Shown: positions 33,678-43,032, counted from the first letter of the stretch. The stretch is DNA of 61,961 bases from Candidatus Omnitrophota bacterium (GCA_042570405.1 JBHPGR010000005.1:1-61961), one strand, 5' to 3'. Made by a program: numbers and translations. The notes: generated from the sequence alone by a model not told the origin.

Positions 33678-35186
33678 ATGAATCTAGCAAAGCGACTAAT
33701 AGGCAATGCCGAAAAATACGGCGAAAGTCACGCCTTTATATTTAGGGGCCAACCAGTAAGTTTTATCCAGCTAAAAAGATCCTCCCTCAAGTTAGCCAAC
33801 AGCCTCAAGAATCTGGGAGTCCAAAAGGGCGATAAGGTTGCGGTCTATCTGCCTAATTGCCCGCAATATATATATGCCTATGCAGCGCTCTGGTCTATCG
33901 GCGCAACCATAGTCCCACTGGACTATATGCTCACCGAGGAGGAGTTGGCATCCTGCCTGAGCCACTCTGGAACGAAGCTTCTTGTTACTAAACAAAAGAC
34001 TCAACTTTCCCTTGATTCACTCAAAGCAAGATGCCCGGATTTAAAGGATATTGCCCTTTGCGATCAAGAGGCAGGAAAATTTTTATCCTTTGATAAGCTT
34101 ATCGGCAATGGCGCGGAGGAAGAACTGCCCGCTGATATTAAGGATGAGGATTACGCCTGTATCTTTTATACTTCCGGTACTACCGGCAGGCCTAAGGGGG
34201 TCTTGATCAATTACCGCCAGGTAGGAGCGCCGCATCTTGCGATGAGGCATTTTGTAGGCTTGTGTGATCAGGATACTGCTTTGTGTGCATTGCCGCTTTC
34301 GCATTTAGGCGGCCTGGTTTTTCTGCAGAGTATGATATTTCTCGGATCAAAGATGATATTGATGGAGCGTTTCAACCCGGTAGAATTCTTAAAGAATATC
34401 CAGGAGCAAAAGGTTAACTGTTTTTGGCTGGTCCCGCCGATGTATTATGCGATCTTACAGCTAAAGGAATTCGAGAAGTTTGATCTTTCCGGCCTGAAAT
34501 GGATCGTGGTTTTCGGAGCGCCCAGCTCTCCTGATCAGTTACGCAGGTTCCACAAGTATTGCCCCGGTGCGGATTTTGTTAACGGCTGGGGGATGACTGA
34601 AACGCAGGGCCCTGCAATAGTAATCCCCCGGGGATCCACAAAGATAGAAAGCATCGGGCTTCCTGCTCCCTGGATGGAGGTAAAGGTGTTCGATGAAAGC
34701 GATAAAGAAGTACCGCAGGGTGAGATTGGTGAAATAGTGATACGCAGCTGGGTGGTTACAGACGGCTATTACAAGGATCCTGAGGCGACAACCCGGGTAA
34801 AGCGTAACGGCTGGTTTCACACCGGCGACCTGGGTAGGGTCGATCGGGATGGGTACTTTTATATCGTCGGAAGAAAGAGGGAGATGATCAAGGTCGGCGG
34901 AGAGTTGGTTTTTGAACCCGAGGTAGAGTTCGCCATCCACAAGCACCCGGATGTTGCAGAGGTGGCGGTGATCGGTGTTGCCGATAAATTAAGGGGTGAA
35001 GTGCCCAAGGCGATCATTGCGATGAAGGAGGGTAAGTCAATAACTGATCAGGAAATGCGTCAGTTTTGCAAGAAACAGCTGGCTCACTTTAAGATCCCCC
35101 GCTATTTTGAATTCGCACCCAGCCTTCCCAAGAACCGCGCCGGTAAAATAGACAAAACTAGCCTTAGAGGAGAATTGAACCGTTGA
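33678..35186 (+). CDS. AMP-dependent acyl-CoA synthetase/ligase
   Basis: YTSGTTGRPKGV, GWGMTE, TGDLGRVDRDGYFYIVGRKREMIK. Confidence 0.9.
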   Translation: MNLAKRLIGNAEKYGESHAFIFRGQPVSFIQLKRSSLKLANSLKNLGVQKGDKVAVYLPNCPQYIYAYAALWSIGATIVPLDYMLTEEELASCLSHSGTKLLVTKQKTQLSLDSLKARCPDLKDIALCDQEAGKFLSFDKLIGNGAEEELPADIKDEDYACIFYTSGTTGRPKGVLINYRQVGAPHLAMRHFVGLCDQDTALCALPLSHLGGLVFLQSMIFLGSKMILMERFNPVEFLKNIQEQKVNCFWLVPPMYYAILQLKEFEKFDLSGLKWIVVFGAPSSPDQLRRFHKYCPGADFVNGWGMTETQGPAIVIPRGSTKIESIGLPAPWMEVKVFDESDKEVPQGEIGEIVIRSWVVTDGYYKDPEATTRVKRNGWFHTGDLGRVDRDGYFYIVGRKREMIKVGGELVFEPEVEFAIHKHPDVAEVAVIGVADKLRGEVPKAIIAMKEGKSITDQEMRQFCKKQLAHFKIPRYFEFAPSLPKNRAGKIDKTSLRGELNR

Positions 35187-37525
35187 TCAAGAGGAAGATC
35201 ACTAGATTTGTCCACTGGTTCAGCCACGGGCTGATCCGTTACCGCAACGGATTTCTGATCCTCTGTATTGCGATCAGTCTCTTCTTTGCCTACCAATTAA
35301 AGGACCTTTCATTTGAGACGAACCTGGGAGATTTTTATCCCCTGAGGCACCCCTATCTCCAGATCCAGAACCGCCTGAATGATGTTTTCGGCGGCCTTAA
35401 TCAGGTCTCGATATCTATCGAAGTAAAGAAGGGCACGATCCTGAATCCGGAGACTTTAAATAAGGTCTGGCAGATCACTCAGGAGCTCTATCTTACCGAG
35501 GGCATAAACGCAGGGCGGGTGGTTTCTCTATCGGCGCGGAAAGTCAAATACATCGAGGCCGATGATGAAGGGTTTGTCACTGACTGGATGATGCATGATC
35601 CGCCTCAAGGGATGGGCCAGGTCGATGAATTGAGGCAGAGAATACTAAGGAGCCCGATGGTCTACGGCCCGATCGTCTCCGAGGACTTCAAGGCGACGAT
35701 GATCCAGGCGGATTTTGAATCAGATGTTTCGGCGCGTAAGATCTTCAGGATATTGCAGGGAGTAGAAGAGCGCTACCGTGATAACAATCACAAGATCCAC
35801 ATCTCCGGACAGCCCGTGCTTCAGGGCTGGCTTGATTATTATCTGCCGCGGATGACCAGGCTTTCGGCGATCACCATACTGGTGATGTCCCTGGCATTAT
35901 GGTTCGCCTTTAAATCCAAGCGGGGCGTCTTTCTGCCATTGATCTCTGCTTTTATGTCAACGCTTTGGGGTTTGGGCCTGATCTCACTCTTCGGATATAA
36001 ACTTACTCCTTCAACGATGCTGGCGCCTTTTTTAGTCTTTGCCCTCGGGGTGAGCCATTCGGTGCAGTTTATCAAGCTGTATTATGAATACATGAGCAAG
36101 CATAAGTATAACTCAAAGGCAGCGGCGATCTACATCACCCGGGTTTTATTCGTCCCGGGGTTTACCGGCTTGTTTACCGACGGGATCGCGCCATTTGCCC
36201 TCTTGGCTGTCCCGCTGATGATGGTCAGGAGCCTGGCGGTCGCCATCGGTTTTGGCATATTAAGTATATTCTTCACTACGATCATCCTGGTACCGAACCT
36301 GCTTTCTTTTATGCACCCTCCTAAGCGCCTTGAGGTGATAAAGGAGGAGAGGACAACGTTGACCAATAAGATCCTTGCTTACTTTGCGAAGCTGGCTATA
36401 AACAAGAGATCCCGCTGGACAGTGATCCTCATCTTCTTTGCCCTGACCGGGGTGGCATTGTTCGGGACAAGCCTGCTGAGAGTAGGAGATAAGAAGCCGG
36501 GGACCTCCCTGCTTTACAGTAACAGTCCTTACAACAAAGCGGAGAAGTTCAATAGTGAGAAATTCGCCACTGCCGACCCTTACTATATCTTTGTAGAAGG
36601 AAGGGACGAGGATGCCTTGGTCAGTACAGAGGTGCTTAAAGAGATGGATAGCCTGCAGCGTTATTTGGAGCAGGAGGTCGAGGGGGTCGGGCGCAGCCTC
36701 TCTCTTGTAGAATATATCAAAGGTATGAATATGGTGATGTTTTCAGGCCAGCGCCGCGAATTCAAGATACCCGACAAGGAACAGACAGTCGCCGAATACC
36801 TATTTTTGTATTCCTTGACCGGATTCCCCGGTGATTTTGACCCGGTGGTAAATTACAACTATAAATTCGCTAATATCAAGGTGGACCTTCGCGACCACAA
36901 GACAGAGACGATCGATCAGGTGATAGAAAAGACTGAAGAGTGGATCAAGCAAAACCACAAGACAGAGTTGGCGGATTTCTCCTATGCCGGCGGGAGTATC
37001 GGGATGACCGCAGCAGTCAATGAGATAGTCGAGACGATGCTCCCCAGGAGCTCCCTTACTACTACGTTTCTCGTCTTCTTGTGCCTGATGCTGGCATACG
37101 GTTCTTTTGTCGCCGGCTGGCTCTTGATCATCCCGTTATTCTTCCGTACCCTCCTGGTCTTCGGGATCTTGGGTTTTATGAGGGTGGGAATGACCGCAGA
37201 GATGATCCCGATGGTCGCTTTAGGGATCGGTTTTGGGGATGATTTCGGATTGTATATCGTATCACGCGTTCAGGATGTTTTAAGAGAAGGAGGTGGTGCT
37301 TTAAAGGATGCGTTAGTGGAGGCGATGTCTACTTCGGGCAAAGCCGTATTTTTCACCGGCCTGACGCTTACCATCGGTATAGCTACTTGGATGTTCTCCG
37401 ATATTCTGATGCAGGCCAGGCTTGGGGCGCTCTTGGCGTTTTTTATATTCTTCAACGCCATCGGCACTCTGATTGTTTTACCTTCGATGATCATGACGGT
37501 AAAACCGAAGTTTTTGAAAAGATAA
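35183..37525 (+). CDS. MMPL/SSD-type RND-superfamily exporter (COG1033-like)
   Basis: The 780-aa product has two 6-TM bundles, each preceded by a soluble loop. It is start/stop coupled to the ligase gene. Confidence 0.8.
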   Translation: MIKRKITRFVHWFSHGLIRYRNGFLILCIAISLFFAYQLKDLSFETNLGDFYPLRHPYLQIQNRLNDVFGGLNQVSISIEVKKGTILNPETLNKVWQITQELYLTEGINAGRVVSLSARKVKYIEADDEGFVTDWMMHDPPQGMGQVDELRQRILRSPMVYGPIVSEDFKATMIQADFESDVSARKIFRILQGVEERYRDNNHKIHISGQPVLQGWLDYYLPRMTRLSAITILVMSLALWFAFKSKRGVFLPLISAFMSTLWGLGLISLFGYKLTPSTMLAPFLVFALGVSHSVQFIKLYYEYMSKHKYNSKAAAIYITRVLFVPGFTGLFTDGIAPFALLAVPLMMVRSLAVAIGFGILSIFFTTIILVPNLLSFMHPPKRLEVIKEERTTLTNKILAYFAKLAINKRSRWTVILIFFALTGVALFGTSLLRVGDKKPGTSLLYSNSPYNKAEKFNSEKFATADPYYIFVEGRDEDALVSTEVLKEMDSLQRYLEQEVEGVGRSLSLVEYIKGMNMVMFSGQRREFKIPDKEQTVAEYLFLYSLTGFPGDFDPVVNYNYKFANIKVDLRDHKTETIDQVIEKTEEWIKQNHKTELADFSYAGGSIGMTAAVNEIVETMLPRSSLTTTFLVFLCLMLAYGSFVAGWLLIIPLFFRTLLVFGILGFMRVGMTAEMIPMVALGIGFGDDFGLYIVSRVQDVLREGGGALKDALVEAMSTSGKAVFFTGLTLTIGIATWMFSDILMQARLGALLAFFIFFNAIGTLIVLPSMIMTVKPKFLKR

Positions 37526-37545
37526 TCTAACCAGAGGAGGTAGGT

Positions 37546-38430
37546 ATGAAGAAACTGATTTTGCTGATCGCGGCGGTAGCCTTGATCTCTGGCTCCGCCC
37601 TGGCCATGGACGTTGAGTATCATGTGGTCTGTAAGCCTAAAGCAGGCATGAGCGCCGAGGAGATCATGGAGATCAAGTATATCAACAAATATTCCCTGTT
37701 CGCCCGCGACTATGAGTCGATCGGTGACGTTATCTTCATCGAGAAGAACGGCCAGCAGAGGAACCGCCGCTTCCTCCGCCAGAGGATCATTCTGGGTAGG
37801 GGGACGGATGATGTATCTTATAAGGATATGGTCATGTTTACCCAGCCGACTTCCGTTAAGGGGCTGGCTACGATGAGCTGGAGCTATATGAACCCGCAGC
37901 GCGACCAGGATACCTGGTTGTGGCTGCCTTCTTTGCGTAAGATCCGCAAGGTCTCAGCCGGCCAGGCCGACGATTCTTTTATGGGCAGCGATTTTACCCA
38001 GGAAGAGATCACCTCGCGACAGTTCGAAGATGAAACATATGAGCTGATCGGCGAAGAAAACTTTAAGGGCTACACCTCTATATACGATGGGAAAACATAT
38101 CACACAGGAGAGCCGGTTTATGTCATAGAATGTAAGCCCAAGAAAAGCCCCTGGTATTATTCCAAGAGAATCATCTATGTTTCTAAGAACTTCGGAGGCA
38201 ACGTCCTTGATGAGATATATGATTCCAACGGTAAGATGTACCGCACCCTTTTCAGGGGCTGGGTGGTCATAGATGTCAACGGAAAAGAGTATCCTGCCCA
38301 GAACCGCGTAGAGGGTCATGATCTGAATACCGGGCATAAAACCGTGATCATCTTTGACGATATCAAGTTTGATCAGGGACTTAAGGAAGACATATTTACC
38401 CAGAAGAACCTGTCAAGGCAGAGATGGTGA
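37546..38430 (+). CDS. LolA-like outer-membrane lipoprotein-sorting / lipid-carrier protein (DUF1329/LolA_like type)
   Basis: It has a signal peptide and the hallmark DTWLWLPSLRKIRKVSAGQADDSFMGSDFTQEEI. Confidence 0.7.
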   Translation: MKKLILLIAAVALISGSALAMDVEYHVVCKPKAGMSAEEIMEIKYINKYSLFARDYESIGDVIFIEKNGQQRNRRFLRQRIILGRGTDDVSYKDMVMFTQPTSVKGLATMSWSYMNPQRDQDTWLWLPSLRKIRKVSAGQADDSFMGSDFTQEEITSRQFEDETYELIGEENFKGYTSIYDGKTYHTGEPVYVIECKPKKSPWYYSKRIIYVSKNFGGNVLDEIYDSNGKMYRTLFRGWVVIDVNGKEYPAQNRVEGHDLNTGHKTVIIFDDIKFDQGLKEDIFTQKNLSRQRW

Positions 38431-38459
38431 TCTTGAAGAAAAAGAATAGGAGGTGTTGT

Positions 38460-39941
38460 ATGCGTTTTAAGCTCAAATTAATACTTCTACTGTTAGTCTC
38501 CTCCCTGCTTCTGGTTTCTACTGCCGAGGCGGCGCTGGAGATTGACAGGGGGCCGGTCTACGGCCTATTACGTAAGGCTCTGCCTTTTGAGAACCTGGAA
38601 TTCGCTGGTTTCTTGAAGAATGAGACATCGTTGCGCATCGCCCACGGATTTGATGAGTTCATGAAGGAATCAAACATCGTTCAGCTTGAGGCGGAATACA
38701 GGTTTAATGATAATATCCAGTTTTTTACGATCCTGAATTGGTTTTACGATGCCACTCTCGAGCTGGAAAATAAATACGATAGCGATCCCAGGTGGGAGTC
38801 AAAGACCAATAAGAAGCTAAAATATCCGGAGAAGATGCAATGGCTAAGAGAGTGCTATCTGGATATTTTAACTGACCGGCTCGATATCAGGGCAGGAAAA
38901 CAGCAGGTGGTCTGGGGTACGGCAGACGGCGTAAGGATCCTGGATATGGTCAACCCCCTGGATTACCGGGAGTGGACCCTGAAGAACTATATTGAATCCC
39001 GGGTTCCTTTGTGGATGATCAACATTGAGGGGCAGCTGATGATGAACGGTCACCTGCAGCTATTGCTGATCCCTGACTGGCAGGCGAATTACTACGCACC
39101 TGCCGGCGCGCCATTCACGTTAAGAACGGTAAGGATCGGCGCAGAGGGCGTAGCAGCGCTGACAGAGGCAGGTGTAACAGTCAGCACCTTTGATGAGAAA
39201 CCCGCGCACACCATTGAAAACACCAAGATAGGCCTGCGCTGGCGCAATATCATCGAGGGGCATGCATTTGAGTACACCCTGAACTACCTGCACACCTACA
39301 ACTTTGCATCTTCAGCTTATACGCTCTTCACATTTACCCCGCCTAGGCAGTTTAATTTCCGGCTCACCCGTCGCGTTGAGCAGATCGAGGTATTGGGGGG
39401 CACATTTTCAAAGACGATCACCGAAGGCGTCGTAATCCCCGGTTTAGCCAAGGGCTGGACATTAAGGGGCGAGTTAGCTTTTATCAAAGGTAACTCTATG
39501 AACTACGGAACAGACGAAAACATCGTAGGAACTGTAGATGTGGACCAGCTTAACTATGTCCTGGGTTTTGACAAGACGTTCTTGACGAATTGGAATTTCA
39601 GTTTCCAGTTCATACAGATGTGGGCTAAGGATAGAGAGGATATTGACGATAGCCGCTATACATTACTCCAAGGCCCGACCCGAGGTCCATTGGATGAGTG
39701 CGAGACGATACTGACGTTGATGGTTTCCACTGATTTTCTGCATGACAGGCTAAAGCCTCAAGTGTTGATCCTCTACGGAGATGATGACGACTGGCGCGTA
39801 AGCCCCAAGGTCAGCTATGAGATCAGCGACCAGTGGCTGGTGACCGCAGGAGTACACGTATTTTCAGGAGATGAACAGCATTTAAACGGCCAGTTTGACA
39901 AGAACGACCAGGTCTTCTGCGAGGTAAAGTACACCTTCTAA
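38460..39941 (+). CDS. DUF1302-like outer-membrane beta-barrel protein
   Basis: ataggaggtg precedes the ATG at 38460. It has a signal peptide, RAGKQQVVWGTADGVRILDMVNPLD, and a C-terminal aromatic residue (YTF). Confidence 0.6.
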   Translation: MRFKLKLILLLLVSSLLLVSTAEAALEIDRGPVYGLLRKALPFENLEFAGFLKNETSLRIAHGFDEFMKESNIVQLEAEYRFNDNIQFFTILNWFYDATLELENKYDSDPRWESKTNKKLKYPEKMQWLRECYLDILTDRLDIRAGKQQVVWGTADGVRILDMVNPLDYREWTLKNYIESRVPLWMINIEGQLMMNGHLQLLLIPDWQANYYAPAGAPFTLRTVRIGAEGVAALTEAGVTVSTFDEKPAHTIENTKIGLRWRNIIEGHAFEYTLNYLHTYNFASSAYTLFTFTPPRQFNFRLTRRVEQIEVLGGTFSKTITEGVVIPGLAKGWTLRGELAFIKGNSMNYGTDENIVGTVDVDQLNYVLGFDKTFLTNWNFSFQFIQMWAKDREDIDDSRYTLLQGPTRGPLDECETILTLMVSTDFLHDRLKPQVLILYGDDDDWRVSPKVSYEISDQWLVTAGVHVFSGDEQHLNGQFDKNDQVFCEVKYTF

Positions 39942-39947
39942 CAACTA

Positions 39948-40062
39948 GGGACACCCAATTTGCCAATCGGGGGACACCCAATCAGCCAAAGCTAAGGGTG
40001 TCCCCCTTTTTCTTCTTTTATTATTTAGGGGACACCCCGCCGATTAGTTGATTGGGTGTCCC
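39948..40062. repeat. Cluster of GGGACACCCAAT 12-mers (3 exact copies, one of them inverted, plus 2 partial copies)
   Basis: Exact copies lie at 39948-39959, 39971-39982 and 40051-40062 (inverted). Partial copies lie at 39996-40006 (inverted) and 40027-40037. Confidence 0.85.
39969..40019 (+). terminator. Rho-independent terminator
   Basis: An 11-bp stem pairs gggggacaccc (39969-39979) with gggtgtccccc (39996-40006), followed by tttttcttctttt. Confidence 0.7.
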
Positions 40063-40105
40063 TGGCCATTGTGGTATAATAACGCTGCAAAAGCGAGGTG
40101 TGTAT

Positions 40106-40849
40106 ATGGATAGAGAGTGGCGGGGGTACTCTAAAAGGCTTAAGGAGCTTTTGGGTTTGGAGTTAAGTCCGGTGGCAGTCAGTTGCCTCAAAGATCCGGT
40201 TGTTCATGATGCCGCGAAGAAGGTGCGTATCTGCCGGGCGATCTTAGATGCCGGCAGGGGTCAGATCCTGCAGGTGGATAAAAAAAACAATGCCTGTTTT
40301 GGGGCAGGCTGGCATTTGGGACTTCATAGGCTTAAGGATCCCCTGATCGCAAAGATGGTAAAGAAGTTCGTCGTAGAAGGAGAGAAACTCTTCTCTTCCT
40401 ATGATACCATGGATAAGTTGATCTTGCAGATGGGGGAGGTTCCGGATAACTCCGCCTCTTACTTTGTCCTGGCCCCTCTTGAGAAATGCGGCTTTGACCC
40501 GCAACTGGTGATCTTTATCTGTAATGCAGAGGCCGCCTGCCGCCTGCTCACTCTGGCTACCTTTATCGACGGGATGATGCCGAAGATCAAGATCGGAGGC
40601 CCCACCTGCAGGATGAGCATAATCTATCCGCTTCTCACAGGCGAGATCAATCTCTCTTTTTACGATTACACTGCGCGTAAGATCTGCGGCGTCAAAAAGG
40701 ATCAGCTGCTGATCACTATTCCCTATAAAAAGATCCCGGGAATAGTCGATAGCATAGACAAATGCTCTGCCGGCACCGCAAAGATAGAATTTCCTCCGGA
40801 ATTCCGCTCCTTCCTGCAGCAGGGCCTGGCAGGAGAAGGGAAGAGTTAA
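40106..40849 (+). CDS. DUF169-family protein
   Basis: LGLELSPVAVSCLKD...CRAILDAGRG...NACFGAGWHLG is the typical DUF169 N-terminus. The ATG at 40106 is preferred over the upstream alternative start. Confidence 0.6.
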   Translation: MDREWRGYSKRLKELLGLELSPVAVSCLKDPVVHDAAKKVRICRAILDAGRGQILQVDKKNNACFGAGWHLGLHRLKDPLIAKMVKKFVVEGEKLFSSYDTMDKLILQMGEVPDNSASYFVLAPLEKCGFDPQLVIFICNAEAACRLLTLATFIDGMMPKIKIGGPTCRMSIIYPLLTGEINLSFYDYTARKICGVKKDQLLITIPYKKIPGIVDSIDKCSAGTAKIEFPPEFRSFLQQGLAGEGKS

Positions 40850-41878
40850 ATGCAGGACATCAAAGAGCTTACCTCTAAGGAATTAGAGAAGGCCTTAGCA
40901 GCGTGGAAGGAATCCCCCTATCATTGCAGGCAGATACTCTCCTGGATTTATAAGAAGGGGGTCCTTGATTTTGGCAAGATGAGCGATCTCTCTGCTGTTT
41001 TGAGGGGGCGACTAAAGGAGAATTTCTATATATCGGCCCTGAGCCTCGTTGAGAGGGTAAGTTCAGCGGATGGAACGGAAAAATTCCTGCTCAGACTCAA
41101 GGATGGCAATCTGATCGAGGCAGTGGCCATCCCCGCCAAAGGCCGGCTTACCGGGTGTATCTCTACGCAGGCCGGATGCAGGTTCGCCTGCAGGTTCTGT
41201 GCCAGCGGCGCAGCCGGCTTTAAGAGGAACTTAAGCTGCGCAGAGATCATCGAGCAACTCTTATTCTTGAATAACCCTGCAGAGAATAAGCTGAGCCATG
41301 TTGTTTTTATGGGTATCGGAGAGCCGCTGGATAACTATGAGAATCTTTTAAAGGGCATCAGGATCATAAATTCTGCGCATGCTTTTAATATCGGGGCAAG
41401 AAGGATCACTATCTCGACCTGCGGCATCATCCCCGGGATCAAAAGATTGTCCGGAGAGAAGCTTCAAATAGAGCTATCTGTTTCCCTGCATGCCGGAGAT
41501 GACAAGATAAGGTCAAGCTTGATGCCGGTTAATAGAAAATATCCCCTGAAGGACCTGATCGCTGCCTGCGGAGAGTACATCAAAAATACCCGCCGCCAGG
41601 TGACCTTCGAGTATGTATTGATCAAAGGGATAAATTCTGATTTGCAAAGCGCGGTAAATTTGAGTAGAATATTAAGAGGTCTGCGGCTTTGCAAGGTTAA
41701 TCTGATCCCTGCTAACTATATACCGGAGTCAAAGATAGAGCCGCCGAATAAATTAGAGTTATTATTCTTCAGGGATCATCTCTTAAAACAGGGTATTAAG
41801 GTAACGCTGCGAAAACCGCGCGGTCAGGATATTACAGCTGCCTGCGGGCAATTGAGGCTAAGGTATGAAAAGAAATAG
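40850..41878 (+). CDS. rlmN: 23S rRNA/tRNA adenine-C2 methyltransferase (radical SAM)
   Basis: It has QAGCRFACRFCASG (C-x3-C-x2-C), GIGEPLDN, and C-terminal ACGQL. Confidence 0.9.
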   Translation: MQDIKELTSKELEKALAAWKESPYHCRQILSWIYKKGVLDFGKMSDLSAVLRGRLKENFYISALSLVERVSSADGTEKFLLRLKDGNLIEAVAIPAKGRLTGCISTQAGCRFACRFCASGAAGFKRNLSCAEIIEQLLFLNNPAENKLSHVVFMGIGEPLDNYENLLKGIRIINSAHAFNIGARRITISTCGIIPGIKRLSGEKLQIELSVSLHAGDDKIRSSLMPVNRKYPLKDLIAACGEYIKNTRRQVTFEYVLIKGINSDLQSAVNLSRILRGLRLCKVNLIPANYIPESKIEPPNKLELLFFRDHLLKQGIKVTLRKPRGQDITAACGQLRLRYEKK

Positions 41879-42509
41879 TTTGCTCCTTGCTGCGCTTTTA
41901 GGGTTGTGCATGCTGGCTGCCGGATGCACCAGATGCCCTGTCGCAAACATCGATTCTAAAGGTACACAGATCATCTGTTTTGGGGACAGCATCACCTTTG
42001 GTTACGGCGCGCACCCGGGTGAGGATTATCCGGCGGTATTGGCGGAATTAGTAGAGTATCCGGTGATCAACGCCGGCATCGACGGTGATACTACTGTTGA
42101 AGGGATCAAGCGCTTTAAGTCCGATGTGTTGGATAGAGATCCGCTCCTGGTGATCATCGAATTCGGGGGGAATGATTTCCTGCGTAAGATCCCTAAGCAG
42201 ACGACATTAGCGAATCTCGAAGATATGATCGATAAATCTTTGGCAAGAGGCTCGATGGTTGCGATCGTTGACATTAGCGCCGGCCCTTTACTTAAGGAGT
42301 ACCGTTTTGCCTATCGCCGTATGGCAAAGGAGAAGGGCGTTATATTCATACCGAGCGTACTCAGCCGGATCGTCACTAACCCCGAACTAAAGAGTGATTT
42401 TATGCATCCTAATGCCGGCGGTTACAAGGTGATCGCCCAGCGCATCCATCATTTCATTACTCCCCACCTTAACCAGAATAAGATCAAGAGGGAACTCCCC
42501 GAAAAATAA
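41865..42509 (+). CDS. SGNH/GDSL hydrolase lipoprotein (TesA-like arylesterase/lipase)
   Basis: The lipobox is LAAGC. IICFGDSITFGYG (block I), GGNDF, and HPNAGGY (block V). Confidence 0.8.
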   Translation: MKRNSLLLAALLGLCMLAAGCTRCPVANIDSKGTQIICFGDSITFGYGAHPGEDYPAVLAELVEYPVINAGIDGDTTVEGIKRFKSDVLDRDPLLVIIEFGGNDFLRKIPKQTTLANLEDMIDKSLARGSMVAIVDISAGPLLKEYRFAYRRMAKEKGVIFIPSVLSRIVTNPELKSDFMHPNAGGYKVIAQRIHHFITPHLNQNKIKRELPEK

Positions 42510-42547
42510 AAGGGACCCTCTTCCGATTAGCAAAAGGAGCGTCCCTT
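42510..42547. terminator. Hairpin between convergent genes (possible bidirectional terminator)
   Basis: aagggac pairs with gtccctt across a 24-nt loop, followed by atttt. Confidence 0.35.
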
Positions 42548-42556
42548 ATTTTACAG

Positions 42557-42642
42557 TGGTGCCGAGGGTGGGAGTTGAACCCACACGAGGTTGCCCTCAA
42601 CGGTTTTTGAGACCGCCGCGTAAGCCATTCCGCCACCTCGGC
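42557..42642 (-). tRNA. tRNA-Leu (anticodon CAA), type II with long variable arm, CCA encoded
   Basis: Hand-folded: GCCGAGG acceptor, anticodon stem GCGGT/ACCGT with loop CTCAAAA, variable arm GAGG-GCAA-CCTC, T arm GTGGG-TTCAACT-CCCAC, and 3' ACCA. Confidence 0.85.
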
Positions 42643-42700
42643 AATATTTAGTTGACGTAGTTCATTTTATATTCTAAAATAGCAACGGTCAATATAAATT

Positions 42701-42957
42701 ATGGGGCTGTCCCTCGTACCTACAGGTAAACAATGGGTGCTCGGGATGCGCCAAGATGGAATTTAATACTTTGGTGGCTGTCCTTCGCGTCTTCAGTGTT
42801 TGAATGACGCTCAGGATGCGCCCCAGAGGTAACTAATAGCTATGGGGCTGTCCTCCGGAAATGATAGGGGTGGGACGCCCCAGTGATAACCAATAGATAT
42901 GGGGCTGTCCTCCGGAAATGATAGGGGTGGGACGCCCCAGTGATAACCAATAGATAT
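42701..42957 (+). repeat. Tandem array of 4 units (71, 70, 57 and 57 bp), each beginning with the first 8-10 nt of tRNA-Ala
   Basis: atggggctgtcc occurs at 42701, 42842 and 42899, with a degenerate copy (ggtggctgtcc) at 42772. Units 42842-42898 and 42899-42955 are identical. The same atggggctgt then starts the real tRNA at 42956/42958. Confidence 0.85.
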
Positions 42958-43032
42958 GGGGCTGTAGCTCAGTTGGGAGAGCGCCTGCATGGCATGCAGG
43001 AGGATTCGAGGGTTCAAACCCCTCCAGCTCCA
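42958..43032 (+). tRNA. tRNA-Ala (anticodon GGC), no encoded CCA, apparent 7-nt variable region
   Basis: Hand-folded: acceptor GGGGCTG/CAGCTCC with G3:U70, D arm GCTC-AGTTGGGA-GAGC, anticodon stem CCTGC/GCAGG with loop ATGGCAT, and T arm GAGGG-TTCAAAC-CCCTC. Confidence 0.8.

Noticed and set aside
42701-42957. Tandem repeats as a CRISPR array
   Set aside because: Only two units are identical. The shared element is about 12 nt plus a conserved tail, not a 24-48-nt repeat alternating with unique spacers. No cas genes are nearby, and the repeat is derived from the tRNA 5' end.
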